Assembly (NCBI GenBank): GCA_034780895.1
Contig: JAUZTB010000017.1
Coordinates: forward strand, 23,261,827-23,325,565
Reading direction: 5' to 3'
DNA from: Rhynchobatus australiae
Lineage: Eukaryota
Length of the DNA: 63,739 nt
The position numbers and the translations under genes are program-made. The notes beneath the pieces were generated by a model. That model did not search any database. It was not told the origin of the DNA and saw only the letters and a list, made by a program, of their open reading frames with translations. This document shows positions 1 through 13,100 of the stretch, piece by piece (the first letter of the stretch is position 1; every line of letters starts with the position of its first letter).

Positions 1-3000
1 CAGGATGAGTATCCCATCTGACTGAGCTGTCCTACCACGTCTTGTCCTTGAATTACACCCTTTGTTTTCTCTAAGGCAGTGAGTATTAATTACATTATGG
101 ACCCTACTTCATTCTAAACACTACTAACAACTATAAGACCTCATCAAATTCAAAGAAATAATAAATCAAGGCAAAATGGTAAAATAGACCAAATATTTCA
201 CTCGGGACTTGCAGTTTCCTGTATGCTTTTCAAAGAACTCTACGTCCAAATCTTCACAAATTTCATAAAACCAGTTTACCAGGAACATTTCAAATAAACA
301 CCAAGAAATAGTCTTGATTAACTTAAGCCTTCATAAACAATAGCTATTAGATATGCTTCAGAATGTTCCTTGGTACAAAATTACAGTTTTATAAGATATA
401 CTTTAGCTGCTTAGTTGTTTTATTTCATTTCTTTGAGAAAAACTTAAAGCAAACATTTCTCTTAAAATGATTAACCCATCTGAAAATACTTATTCCTCAA
501 TATACAATGGAAGTAATAGTGAATTAATCGTTTCTGCTGGCCTCAGGCAATCACCCAGCCAATCTAATTGGTTGTTGTCAATAACCTCCAATTCCCAGTG
601 CAAAATAAAGCTGCTTTAATCTTCAGTATGTTAACCAGCTGACACATTAGTTGAAATGCCGTCAGGTTAAAAAGGCAGATGGTACCATGTAGCCAAACAC
701 CACATTGAAACCAAAAATGTTGTTAACATGAACTTTTCTAGATTTCTTTCAGCTTTATCTGCTGTTCCACTACTGCTGCTTCATTTAGGATTTGAGTTAA
801 AATGGCAGATGTTGCCAGTGCTCAATATGCATTGATCTATTGGCTTGTTAAAAATGCTGTTGCTACCTGAAATATAAAGTTACAACTGGTCAAAATGGGA
901 CAGAAATGGAGCAAGTAATAACTTCATTTTAACTCTCTGGTCCAGCCCACCCCACTATTTTCATTGTGATAAAACAGGCCATGTGGAGTTGGCTGTGAGT
1001 CATAGATGAGACACCTTGGAAACTGAAAATGTTCACAGGCAAACTTTATCTAAACCAGATGAGGTATCTGACAGATTTATGTAAACTGCCATTGGATCGG
1101 TTGGAGATAAAAATCAAGAAAATGGTTAGAATTAAAAATAAAATCAGTTTAAAAAGAAATCAAATTTCATTTTGTTCCAGATTTACTTTCTGAAATTCAG
1201 ACATAAAAGGAAAACATTCAATAGAATGTACAGAAAGCTGTATTTTCAGAAACTGTTTCAAAATATTCTTCTCTGCATTTGGTACAAGAAGCATTAAAAT
1301 TCTCTTCACACACTACAAGATGGTAAGATTCCTGTGGGAGTGGGAAAAGTACTGGAGTGTAAACCAGTATTGACCAATATATTTGCCATTAGCTTCATGT
1401 GGCTAATTATGAACAGAGTTGTGGCTAAATGTATTTTTGATTAGCAAATAAAAATAAGTAGTAGACAATGCTATTGAGAAATCCATACACATTTACACAG
1501 TTAAGCATATGCACTTTGTGTGTTATATCGTAAATTGCTATAACAAAAAACAGAGAGTGAGCTTTATTTAAACATAACAGATGTTTCACTTTCTTCCTAC
1601 TACTTATTATCTGTTAAACTGGTGTCTTACACAAGTGTAAACACCATGGAATTCAATTGGATGGAAACCCCAACAACACTGGAAAGGAGAGCTCGCAGGG
1701 TGGTCAGATGGACTATTCAGAATAACCGCTCCAGGCCATAGAAGAATAAATTCCAAACTAAAAGGAGACATTCAGTGCAGCAAGTGGCCATGTTCTCTTT
1801 GAACAGCTGCAGCAGATCTGGTAAGTCTTGTTTAGGGTGTCAGTATTCTCTGAAGTTTGCCCTTGCAGTTGGACAGAGGCCTAGAAGCTTCACTAAAATG
1901 GGTGACATCTGACCAATTCATTTCACAATTCCAAACTTCACTGAAAGAATTATTGTGAACTTTTGCTTTGAATGGTGGTAAATGTACACATTGTACCAGA
2001 TGGCAACAAATACATCTATACAGTATGAGTTGAGTAACATGCTGTTTATTAAAATGAGGCTGGGGTGAGGACAATATTGGCATAATCATACCTGAAGCTA
2101 GTCAGTAACATTTATTGAACACCATTGTATTAAACATTAACACAGATTAAAGTTGTATAATCTCATTGTTTATCATATGGCATTCTTTTTAGCAGTTTGT
2201 CAGTTTCAATGGTAAAATAATACACTGACGCATTGTGTAATGTGAAAATTAAAATGTACTAAAATCATAAGATGAATAGTAAACCAGTACATTTGTTTTT
2301 CACAACTTTATTCAAGACAGCGTCAAAAGCAGTAACTTGTATGTTACAGACCATGTAGTTAAATTTTACAGTTTATATAGCAGTCCTGGTGAATTAGTTT
2401 GTAATCAATTTTGCACTGACTTTTTCTGACAATATTGATGTTAAACTTTTATCCCCTTTCATGTGTGTCTCAGCCAACTTCCTATTTGAACANNNNNNNN
2501 NNNNCCTGGTATACTGCAATGTATGAGAGCAAATATCAGCTGCAGTTGCTATGATCATTTCATCTTTTGAATACTGGTCCTGTTTTCCCTTGTCATTATT
2601 GATAATGTCACCAGTTTTAGTTTGTTTGCACAGATCATCTCTCCTATGTTGTCCAGGTGGAAAGCTGTTGTCACCACAATGGCTTGATGTTGTTGGATTG
2701 TTAATTGTTGTCACAAATTAGTGTTTGCTTTCTTCCTCACCAGTAGTAATACAGCTTCCTTGAAACAATCATGCAGTTTTTTGTTGATGGTGAGTTCTAT
2801 TCATGCCTCTGAAGGTGAAGAGCATTGAAATAATATTTTTTTCACATGCTGGGATGAAGCCATTCTGCATTGACTCTCTGTATGTCTCTCATTCATCAAT
2901 CTAACATAATTCTTCAAGCAGCTCATGTCCTGATCAAAGGGCTGAATTATATATTTCTCAGAACACAGGAGTTGTCTAGGATCGAGAAAAAATTGTGGCT

Positions 3001-3184
3001 CTTCAGTCTGAGACCTTGGAAGCAAGCAGATAAAAATGTCTGCAGCTCTGCAGGTGGCTCCATTTGCACAATAAATCATGGGCGAGTGCTGAACTTCTCT
3101 TAAATAGCAAGGTTTTTACTGCTTACCCGCTGAGTACCTAATGACTGTGGTGCAGCAAATCAAGGTAGCAGTAAATATGTAAGT

Positions 3185-3510
3185 GTAATGATTAATTTTC
3201 TGGGCTACCAGTCAGAGTTCAGGACCATTGATCCAGAGACGCATTGAAATCCCACCACGTCAGCTGGGAAATTGCATAACATGTGGAATTTTTATGCAAA
3301 TCTAGTCTTAGTCAAGGAAATTACCAGATTGTTGTAAAAACCCATCTGGTTTGCTGATGTCTTTTAGCGAAGGAAATTGGACATCCTTACTCAGACTGGT
3401 CTTTATGCAATTCCAGACCACCAATGTTGTTAACTCTTAACCACGTCCTCAGTTCATGGACAACTAGAAAGGCCAACACTAGCTGGTATTACCAGCAATA
3501 TCCATTTTCT
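3185..3510 (+). mobile_element. Decayed MetaSINE-like SINE
   Basis: gttgtaaaaacccatctggtttgctgatgtcttttagcgaaggaaatt...ccttactcagactggtct...tccagaccaccaatgttgttaactcttaac matches the remembered Meta central domain; preceded by a tRNA-like head (gaaatcccaccacg). Confidence 0.7.
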
Positions 3511-3884
3511 TTGGAGCTTTTTTAAAAAAAAGGAAATTCTTCCCTTAGCTTTTAGCTTGGACAAGAGTGCACCACGTCCAACATACATAGGAAATGCCAG
3601 AAGGCAAATTTGAAAGGTATGGAAAAAAAACACTGCTGGGATTACGAAGTGCAAGAAAGCTGCATCCATTTGACTCAGTTCAGGGTGCACACAAGGTCGG
3701 TGCTGCTACCTCATAAGTGTGTTTTCAGCATCCAGCCAGTACTAATCAGACTGTTCCCTGCTTTAGCACATAATTACAGAGTCAAGTTTTACTGATCATC
3801 ACCTGCTGCAACCAATGACAATGAAAACCATTCTGTACCTCAAAAGATTAAGTACTTTGTGGCTCCAAGTGATGAAATAATTTT

Positions 3885-4015
3885 GCAGAAGCATCAAGAG
3901 TCCAGCGTGCTAGGCAGCAGGGAAGAGAGGAACAGAGTTAAGATTTTGGGCTGAGGACCTTTTATCCGAAACCTAAGTATTTCCAGTATTTTTGCTCCTG
4001 CATTTCTCAAATCTT
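3885..4015. mobile_element. Penelope-like terminal repeat remnant
   Basis: ggcagcagggaagagaggaacagagttaagattttggg...gtatttccagtatttttg resembles both orientations of the terminal repeat seen at 22141, 41610 and 43441. Confidence 0.45.
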
Positions 4016-4899
4016 CCTGAAAGACTTGATTGAATACAGATGAAAGCAGGCACTTGGGTCTTCTGACAATGATCTGAACCCTTCATGGATGAAGTGAAAA
4101 TAAGAACAGAGGAATGGAGGAAGCCATTGAAATGGTGGTGGGAGGAGGTGGCAACTGAAGTGAATGACAAGGACCTGTCTCCGTTGTTGTAAGAAGTTTG
4201 CAGCCTCATAGATTGGTCAACCTATCAAGTCTTATCTCCCGATGTTGCTTAAGGCAATACATCCTTGTCAAACGTATACTAACGTTCTTAATCAGGATTT
4301 CTACCTAACATTTGCATGTCCGACTAGGCCCTCATATATTTGACATCACTTCAAATCTCACACCCACATCTCACAGTTTGTACACNNNNNNNNNNNNNNN
4401 NNNNNNNNNNNNNNNNNNNNNNNNNNNNNNNNNNNNNNNNNNNNNNNNNNNNNNNNNNNNNNNNNNNNNNNNNNNNNNNNNNNNNNNNNNNNNNNNNNNN
4501 NNNNNNNNNNNNNNNNNNNNNNNNNNGGAGGGATGTGCTGTCATTATTGTATTGACTTGGATATGGTGTGTAGCAGCAGCACAGAGGCCATTGAAGGTTA
4601 TGTTTATATCTAGTGCTCCCTTGCACATCCCAATCCCCTCATCTCTACTATATTGAAGCCTCAGATGATGAAAGTGTGCAGCTCTTACTTATGCACTTGC
4701 CTATTGGAAAGGGACATGAGTGTATAGATCATGAGCAGGTGATTATTTTGTCCCACCATTCAAAGAAATCATGGCTGATTTGTGATTGCTAACTGTATAT
4801 CCACCTTTGACCGATATACTTCAATGGTTACTAAAACTAATAAATTTCAGGTGTACATTTCTTGGCAGTTGATCTTCCATCAATTGCAATCAGTAGAAG

Positions 4900-5210
4900 A
4901 CCAGCCTTTGCCTATGCAAGTATTTCCTAATTTCACTCCTGAAAGATCTGGTTCTAATTTTAACCCCCTTATCTTTGATTCCTTAAGCAGTGGAAATACT
5001 TACTCTCCATCTACCCTATCGATTCCGCTCTACATCTTGCAAACCTCATTCAAACTGCCCATTAACTCTATAGATGCCAGAGAATACACCCTAGTACAAT
5101 CCATCCTTTCCATGCTGTATCCCTTCCAAGATCACTCTATTCTTCCTAAGGTGTGGTATCGAGAATTGCTCACAGGTGCTGTCTAACCAGGGCCTACTGT
5201 AGCTGGGCAT
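4900..5210 (-). mobile_element. Old CR1-type LINE fragment
   Basis: Similar to the minus-strand CR1 at 14265-15140 (ctccatctaccctatc...atcttgcaaacctcattcaaa...gtctaaccagggc...gtagctg). Confidence 0.5.
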
Positions 5211-5889
5211 AATTAATTTCAAACTTCCTTCACACTATTGCAAATAGGCAAATCATGAAGTATATATGAGCCATAGAATCAAGGAGTCATTATGGCACAG
5301 AGTCGGGGGGAACATGACTGTGATTGTCCTGTCTCAGCTCATCAATTATTTACACATTCAGCTTAATTAGTATTGAACTAAATTATTTATCTTTTGTGTG
5401 AATAAGCCTTCTGGAATTGCATTTTATCCATGATGTACATCAGGTAATACTTAGAAGCTGCAAATCATAAAAATTGTAAATGGCTGCAATTCTTCGGGAC
5501 TTTATTTATGACAATATTTTGGGAGAAATCTATTAGTCCACTTAGAGTTGGATTTCCAAGGCCTTTGCTATTCCTTAGATTATTTTGGCTGATTATGTGA
5601 ACATTATTAGTCTGGCACAACATTGTGGGCTGAAGGGCCTGTTCTNNNNNNNNNNNNNNNNNNNNNNNNNNNNNNNNNNNNNNNNNNNNNNNNNNNNNNN
5701 NNNNNNNNNNNNNNNNNNNNNNNNNNNNNNNNNNNNNNNNCAGGCTGAGCCAGCATTTAATTGCCCATGCCTAATTGCCCTTGAGAAAGAGGTGGTGAGC
5801 TGGCTTGGATGTAGCCTTCACCAATTTCCCTGCCCAATGGCACGCATATTGCTTCTGACCAATCTTGTTTCCCTACAAAAAAAAATGTA

Positions 5890-6210
5890 GGGGCATAGAT
5901 AAGATGGATTGTCACAGTCCCTTTCCCACTGTAGGATAATCTATAACTAGAGGGCATAGGTGTAAGGTTGAGAGGGGAAAAATTTAAAGGGGACCTGAGA
6001 GTGGTGGGTTTGTGGAACCATCTGCCAGAGGGTGTGGTAGAGGCAGATATAATTACAATGTTTAAAGTACATTTGGACAAGTACATGAATAGGAAAGGTT
6101 TAGAGGGATATGGGCCAAATGCAGGGAATTGGGACCACCTCAGGAAGATACATTGGTCGGTATGGACGAGTTGGACTGAAGGGCCCATTTCCATGCTGTG
6201 TGACTCTAAT
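5890..6210 (+). mobile_element. CR1/HER1-like LINE 3' end
   Basis: Encodes RVVGLWNHLPEGVVEADIITMFKVHLDKYM (CR1 ORF2 C-terminus) followed by the 3' UTR ending ggactgaagggcccatttccatgctgtgtgactcta. Confidence 0.85.
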
Positions 6211-9009
6211 CTTTTTCATACTATTTTTGTCATTCTTATCCTATTTATCAGATTGTTATTCTTTGTGAGCCAAGTAGCACTGGCTATGGTTGGTGCTNNN
6301 NNNNNNNNNNNNNNNNNNNNNNNNNNNNNNNNNNNNNNNNNNNNNNNNNNNNNNNNNNNNNNNNNNNNNNNNNNNNNNNNNNNNNNNNNNNNNNNNNNNN
6401 NNNNNNNNNNNNNNNNNNNNNNNNNNNNNNNNNNNNNNNNNNNNNNNNNNNNNNNNNNNNNNNNNNNNNNNNNNNNNNNNNNNNNNNNNNNNNNNNNNNN
6501 NNNNNNNNNNNNNNNNNNNNNNNNTCGCTATTAATTTGCACAAGGATTCCAGGCCTGGAAAGTAGTGGGAAGGTGAGTTAATTTTCCTTATTTTACAGTG
6601 TTCTCATTTTGTTTTGTTTTAAAATTGCTAAAAATTAATTTTTCTTATCACTTGCATCCATTGCAATAGTTTTTAAAAAAATCTCTATATATCAGGGATA
6701 TTAAAAGAAAATTGAAGTGCTCATGTTGATAGGAGATGAAGCTCTGTCCCCAACATTGGCTTCTTTCAAAGACTTTGGGGACATTTGGGGAGCAGGGACA
6801 TGGTGCAATGTTGCCTTGCCACTTGAGACTAGTGTGTCACATTACCCACCTTCTTCAGAGAGTCAGCTTAAGTACCCCACTGCATTCAGCCCAGTTTGGA
6901 AAAAGGGGATCTCAAACAGTATTGGCCAAAATCAGTCCTCTATCTCTCCCAGTCACCAGAATCTGACTTTCCGTATTTTTAATGGCAGTTACTGCTTTAG
7001 TTGCATGGTCATTTAGTGCTCTTGCTTCAAGTTACTAACATTAGTTACACATAAATTCTTTTTTGGAAAACCTTCCACTGATCCATTGCTATCTTACCTA
7101 AAAGCACATTTTTCCAGATCACCAAGGACAGTATCTGTCATATTGCATGGAAGTCAGCCTTGTTCAAATCCAGAATTTCCATATTAGTTTTATGTTTCGT
7201 TCTTGTCAACATTACATTGAGCTAAATCATACATGTTAGATAAATGTCCATGATGTTAACTAAATCTGGCTCAGTAACTCATTACTAAATGATGCCCAGA
7301 AGTGCCCAGTCCACTTTCCTAATGGGATGGATTTTCATTGAAAATGGTGACCATCATGTTAAGACATATGCAAAGTGCCTTTTATGTGTAGAAAGAAAAC
7401 AGATGCTAGATTTACCTTTTACCTATTGTGTCAAAAACAATTTCTCAATACATTACTGATTTCCTTTACTTGTTTCAGGATTTTTAATAGTACCATTGTT
7501 TTCCTGCCATCCCAGAGTAGAGAGCTTCTATGTCCTCTCTAATGCAATGTCCTGCTGCAACTTGTGAAATTTTGCTTGTGTCTTCCACAATACTGGGGGG
7601 AAGACATGGGTGTGTAAAGATAAATAAATAANNNNNNNNNNCACCCTAACCTTCAATGCAACTGGCAAATTGCTTCTGGCCTGGCTCTGTGGCTACAGTG
7701 TGAGTTATATTTCCATAATATCCTCTTTGCAGAAGCAAAGTCCCCTCCCCTTGGGGAAAGGGCTTCTGGAATATCCTGCTATGGACTCTTCTCTCTCCTA
7801 TCCTCTTTACTTTTTGCACTTCCCTTCATTCTCCCTATCATGATCAGTACTTAAAGGCTCCTACGTCCCAGTTATTTGTGGTCAATGCAATCCTAGCTTC
7901 AGCCACATCGATACTGTAGATTTATGAAACTAACAAACACTGCAAATGTTAATCAACACTTCTCAGCAGTCAAATACCCTTTTAATCAGTATCTGACAAA
8001 ATTTACAAAGTAAGTGATCATCCCATTAAACACCACAAGACAAAGTGCTTGGATAGAGTGAGGGGACTGCTGGGGAATCTCACCTGCTACTAATCCCTGG
8101 ATTTTCTATGCATGTTGAAAAATGCCCTTAATTCTAGTTAAATGCCAATTAGGCAACAGTGGGATTAAAATCTGTTTTATGTGCAGATTCCATATGCTTA
8201 TCATGCTTGAGAGTATCATACTCACCACTGCCCTACTAATCTGCAGGACATGTTGCACCAACACAAAATTCTAGCCAAACTAACATTTTGGCTCACAAAC
8301 GACTAGCAGTATTAGTAGGCTCTCCAATGTCACAAATTACTGAGGGAGAGCTATTAAAACAACTTCCTTTATTGAAGCCCAATCNNNNNNNNNNNNNNNN
8401 NNNNNNNNNNNNNNNNNNNNNNNNNNNNNNNNNNNNNNNNNNNNNNNNNNNNNNNNNNNNNNNNNNNNNNNNNNNNNNNNNNNNNNNNNNNNNNNNNNNN
8501 NNNNNNNNNNNNNNNNNNNNNNNNNNNNNNNNNNNNNNNNNNNNNNNNNNNNNNNNNNNNNNNNNNNNNNNNNNNNNNNNNNNNNNNNNNNNNNTCATTT
8601 CTTTCACACTGGATTGTTGAACTGTTACTGCCTGAAGCAACATCATTCAATTGTAGTGTCTGTAGGCCCTTTAGTCTTGCTGATTGCAAAGGCATGTAAA
8701 CACGTAGAACTATCAACAAAACATGCTTTGTTGAAGACATTAAACTCTCGTCTACTGGCATGGTCTGCTGCAACAATGTATCAGAAGTTATGCTACATGG
8801 TAATTCAGTTCTTAGAGGTACACTTAAACAGGATAAGAGCAGTTGCTGTTTCCTAATTTTAAGCTTACCTTTCTGAACATTGCTTTGCATGTAGCTCATC
8901 AGAAAACGTTTTCTTGTAGAATTAAAAAATTAAACTACAAGACACTATTAAAGGCCTAGGAAGTGAGGGCTTTTCATGTCAAATTAAAAATTCTAGTATG
9001 CGTTCTCAC

Positions 9010-10130
9010 ATATTTTATGTACTTCTATCAGGTCGCCCTCAGCTTCCAGTGTTCCAGAGAAAACAATCCAAGTTTGTCCAATGCCTCCTTATAGCTAATA
9101 CTCTCTAATCCAATCAAAATCCTGGTGAACCTCTTCTACACCCTCTCCGTAGCCTCCAGGTCCTTCCTGTAAGGCAGTGACCAGAATTGCACACAATACT
9201 TCAAGTGCAGCCTGAAGTTTTATACAGCTGCAACATGCTTTCCAACTTTTNNNNNNNNNNNNNNNNNNNNNNNNNNNNNNNNNNNNNNNNNNNNNNNNNN
9301 NNNNNNNNNNNNNNNNNNNNNNNNNNNNNNNNNNNNNNNNNNNNNNNNNNNNNNNNNNNNNNNNNNNNNNNNNNNNNNNNNNNNNNNNNNNNNNNNNNNN
9401 NNNNNNNNNNNNNNNNNNNNNNNNNNNNNNNNNNNNNNNNNNNNNNNNNNCTCACACTTGTCCAGATTAAACTGCCATTTCTCCATCCACCTGATCTGTA
9501 TCCTGCTCTATTCTTTGACAACTTTCCTCACTATCCACAACTCCACGAATTCTCATATCTTCTGCAAATTAAGTGATCAGCCCACTTCCATATTTGTCCA
9601 ATGAACAACAGTGTCCCAGCACTGATCCTTGTGGAACACCAGTGGTCACAGGTCTCCAATCAGAATAACCCCCATCCACTACTACTGTCTGTCTTCTATG
9701 GCTAAGCCAATTTTGAATCCAGTCTACTGAGTCTCCATCTACCTTAATCTTCTAGATCAGCCTACCATTAGGGACCTTATCAAAAGCTTTACTGAAGTCC
9801 ATGTGGACAACATCCACTGCCCTACCCTCATCAATCTTCTTCGTTGCCTCCTCAAAAACTCAATCAAGTTTGTTAGATGTGACTCCCCCACATAAAGCCA
9901 TGTTGATTATCCATAATAAGTCCATGTTTTTCCAGATGTAAGCTCTTATCCCTAAGAATCTCCTCCAACAATTTCCCTACCATTCACGTAAGGCTCTCTG
10001 GTCTATAATTTTCTGGTTTGCCTCTACTGCTCTTCTTAAACTGAGGAAAAATACTGGCTATTCTCCAGACCCCTGGGACCTTGTCTGTGGCTAAAGAGGA
10101 TACAAGGATCTCTGTTAAGCCCAGAGCAAA
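9010..10130 (-). mobile_element. CR1/HER1-like LINE, reverse transcriptase region (degenerate, gapped)
   Basis: Minus-strand peptides ...VPGVWRIASIFPQFKKSSRGKPENYRPESLT, VDVVHMDFSKAFDKVP, GVPQGSVLG and W-QFNLDKCE are CR1 RT motifs. Confidence 0.85.
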
Positions 10131-13100
10131 ATGAATGAATAATCCAATAGCATCTTTACCAAAATTCATTCATGCACAGTTTTGTTTAGTGAAAAGAACA
10201 TGTTGGGCCCCATGACTGGTAGGGGCTCATTTAATTAATAAATCATTGCTGACTATCATTAAACCAATAATTTATTACAAAGGAACTTTGCTAAATTAAT
10301 ATTGGACAGGAAATGTTTGAAATGAAAGATGCTAACATTAGTCAAGTGCAGACTGATTTGTAACTGCTAGCTTAAACATTGTTTCCCAGATGTTAGATCT
10401 CTGGATTTTTAAAATGAGCTGTGTGTGATGATGGTGTTAAAATCATCATTTTCTCCTGTGTTCTCACAGGAGAAAGTACCAGATATATTTTCAGTAATGG
10501 AAGTTTGTCAGATGACTGATAGGTGATGGTATGTGACTTCTGATTCATAGTAAATGGAAACTCTGGGCTCCTAATGAACTCTAAAACCAGGTAATGAAAG
10601 TATGAATACTAGCTTCTAAATCTGTGTAGGAGGTTTTGAACACTTGACTGCTTCAGGCCTTTAGGCAGCTAAATGCAAATTCAGAGATTAATTTCTTTTT
10701 TTCTACCTGAAGGTTTTATTTTAAATTCTGTGCTCGCTGTTCTTGGTATTTGACTCAGATAAAAATCTGATTAAAAGCACAGTTTGACAAAGTGAGCCTT
10801 GAAGCCCTGACAAATGGAGCCCCAAGATCATGCTCTTTGTTTTAAAGAAAAAAAATGAAAGAGTTATGGATTGGTCTGGACATAGTCCTAATGGGTGCTG
10901 TTATTCTCCAAACTGTAGGTGATTTATAGCTGGGAACAGAATCTTCACAGCAAAAGATGTGACAAGAAAAAACGCAGTCTTCCATCTAGGAGTCTGATAG
11001 CAAGGACATGGGATGGTTGAATGCCCAGAACTATGCAAAGTGTTAAAAAGCTCTCAGTCTCAGCTCTTGTTTCATCAATAATAGTGACACAGGGAATATA
11101 GAGTTACATTCTGTCTGAGGCACTGCCTGCTCCAGTGTGGATGCCTCCCATTGTGCACCGAGTTCTTTTTTGCACATGTTTGGGCCCCGGCTGGCTTAGT
11201 AAAGTGCTTCCTAAGTTGTTTCACCTGCTTCCCTCAGGTTGTGAGTTGTCAATCCCTTTGCTTTTACGTCTTGCCCTGAAGCTGCAGCAAAGAAGAGATG
11301 ACCTATCAAAAAAAAACTACAGCTCAATAGACACATAACTTTTCTACTCATTTCCTCAACTGATGCCACTTAAGCATCCGAGAATGACTGCAGTCTGTCA
11401 CAAATATTTAGATGAACAAATTTTTGCCTTTCCCTCAAATTACCTGCTTTGTTTTTCGGGTATTTAAAGCAAGCCAAGTTTTTACCTACCTGATGTGGTG
11501 GGCTGAAGTGGGGAGGTGAGGGGTCCTTTTTTTTTCGCATTAAAAATAAGCTTCCATATTCAAAGGGGTCATCTGGCTAACTCTGTAGGCTCAAAGATCC
11601 AGTTACTATTCTTGCTTTTCAGACCAACTTTAAATTACCAACATGTGTTTTAATAATTGCTGAATATTGTCATTTTCCTCGGGAGTGGGCACTCAGAAAT
11701 CCTAGCAGTGAGAACCACTTTGGATTAAATTCTACTTCTAATTGATTTTAATATAAAATCAACTGTACAGCTTGTGATTGAATTAGATACCGAATTTGTT
11801 ATCAACTATGGAAAACATTTTTGTTTTCTTTTTGATTAATTTTTCTTTTGATCTGCTACCTTTTATGTTCACTGTAATGTGGAGTTGATAAATCAGTTAA
11901 TACAAGCAATAAGCAAATGAGATGACTATAATTTTGGCATTGATCAAATGGATAGAAAATCCAAACAGAAAAAATATTAATCTCTCTTTTGAATTGTTCT
12001 GCATACACGATTACATAATGTGAATTTTGCTCGAGTATATTTACTTTTCCCCATATTTTATTTTCTGCATTCAAAACAATGGAATTCTCCATGCATTGCA
12101 ATNNNNNNNNNNNNNNNNNNNNNNNNNNNNNNNNNNNNNNNNNNNNNNNNNNNNNNNNNNNNNNNNNNNNNNNNNNNNNNNNNNNNNNNNNNNNNNNNNN
12201 NNAAAACAATGGAATTCTCCATGCATTGCAATAGATATCGCTGCAATGTTTCTATTCCACAGAGGAAGGAATGCAGGTTTTAGAGAACCTGGAATGCAGG
12301 TTTTGTATTTGGAAAGAAAACTTAAATGCTGTAATATCTTTTTGTCTTTATTACTCACTTTATCCTTTGGAGTTACCAACTACTTTGTTAATTCCATTAT
12401 AAAACATTATTACCTAGCTGTTTATTAAATGAGATTTATAATGTAAGTTATAGAAACTACCTACTTATGAAACAGGAGAACTAGCTACTGTACTTCAAAC
12501 ACAGCTCACCGAGATAGAGTAAGTACTGCATTCAATATTACTGCATCCCAAACCCTTGACATGATTCACATGATTAGAGCAGCAATGTATATTCTTTTTA
12601 TTTACAAACTTTTTAAAACAAAAGTCTCTAGCCTTTGTTTAAATTTTCTAACTTGTCCTGGAGTTTAATAAAAAAAAACTCTGTGATTTATCTTGTTCCT
12701 AAGCGTGATATGCCACTGTGCAAGGTTTTGTCTTGAGATTAGAATGATTTTAGTGGGGCATTAAGATATCAGCAGTGTATGAATAGTTTCACCTAAGATT
12801 CACCCCCTGATAAAGGAGGTGACTCTTAAAAAGCTTAGACAGTTTGATCTTTAAATTTATCTTTCCATTTGGAAATGCTGATGGAAAAGCAGAGGTATTA
12901 GCCCAAAGGTACTTCCCTGATTCACTTATTGAAAATTTAGAAAACTTTCAGCTTTTTAATGTGTCTCAGTGGAATTGGGAGTCTTCAGATCTTCTGGACT
13001 TTAATGCATACATAAAACATTCACTGAAATGCTTATGTCTTAGCCTNNNNNNNNNNNNNNNNNNNNNNNNNNNNNNNNNNNNNNNNNNNNNNNNNNNNNN

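Noticed and set aside
3951-3972. CTGAGGA-ccttttatcc-GAAAC as an intact hammerhead core
   Set aside because: The intervening bases cannot form stem II; probably a rearranged remnant of the Penelope repeat.
11200-11222. AAAGTGCTTCC resembling the miR-302/430 family 5' end
   Set aside because: No complementary arm nearby to form a precursor hairpin, and not in a tandem cluster.
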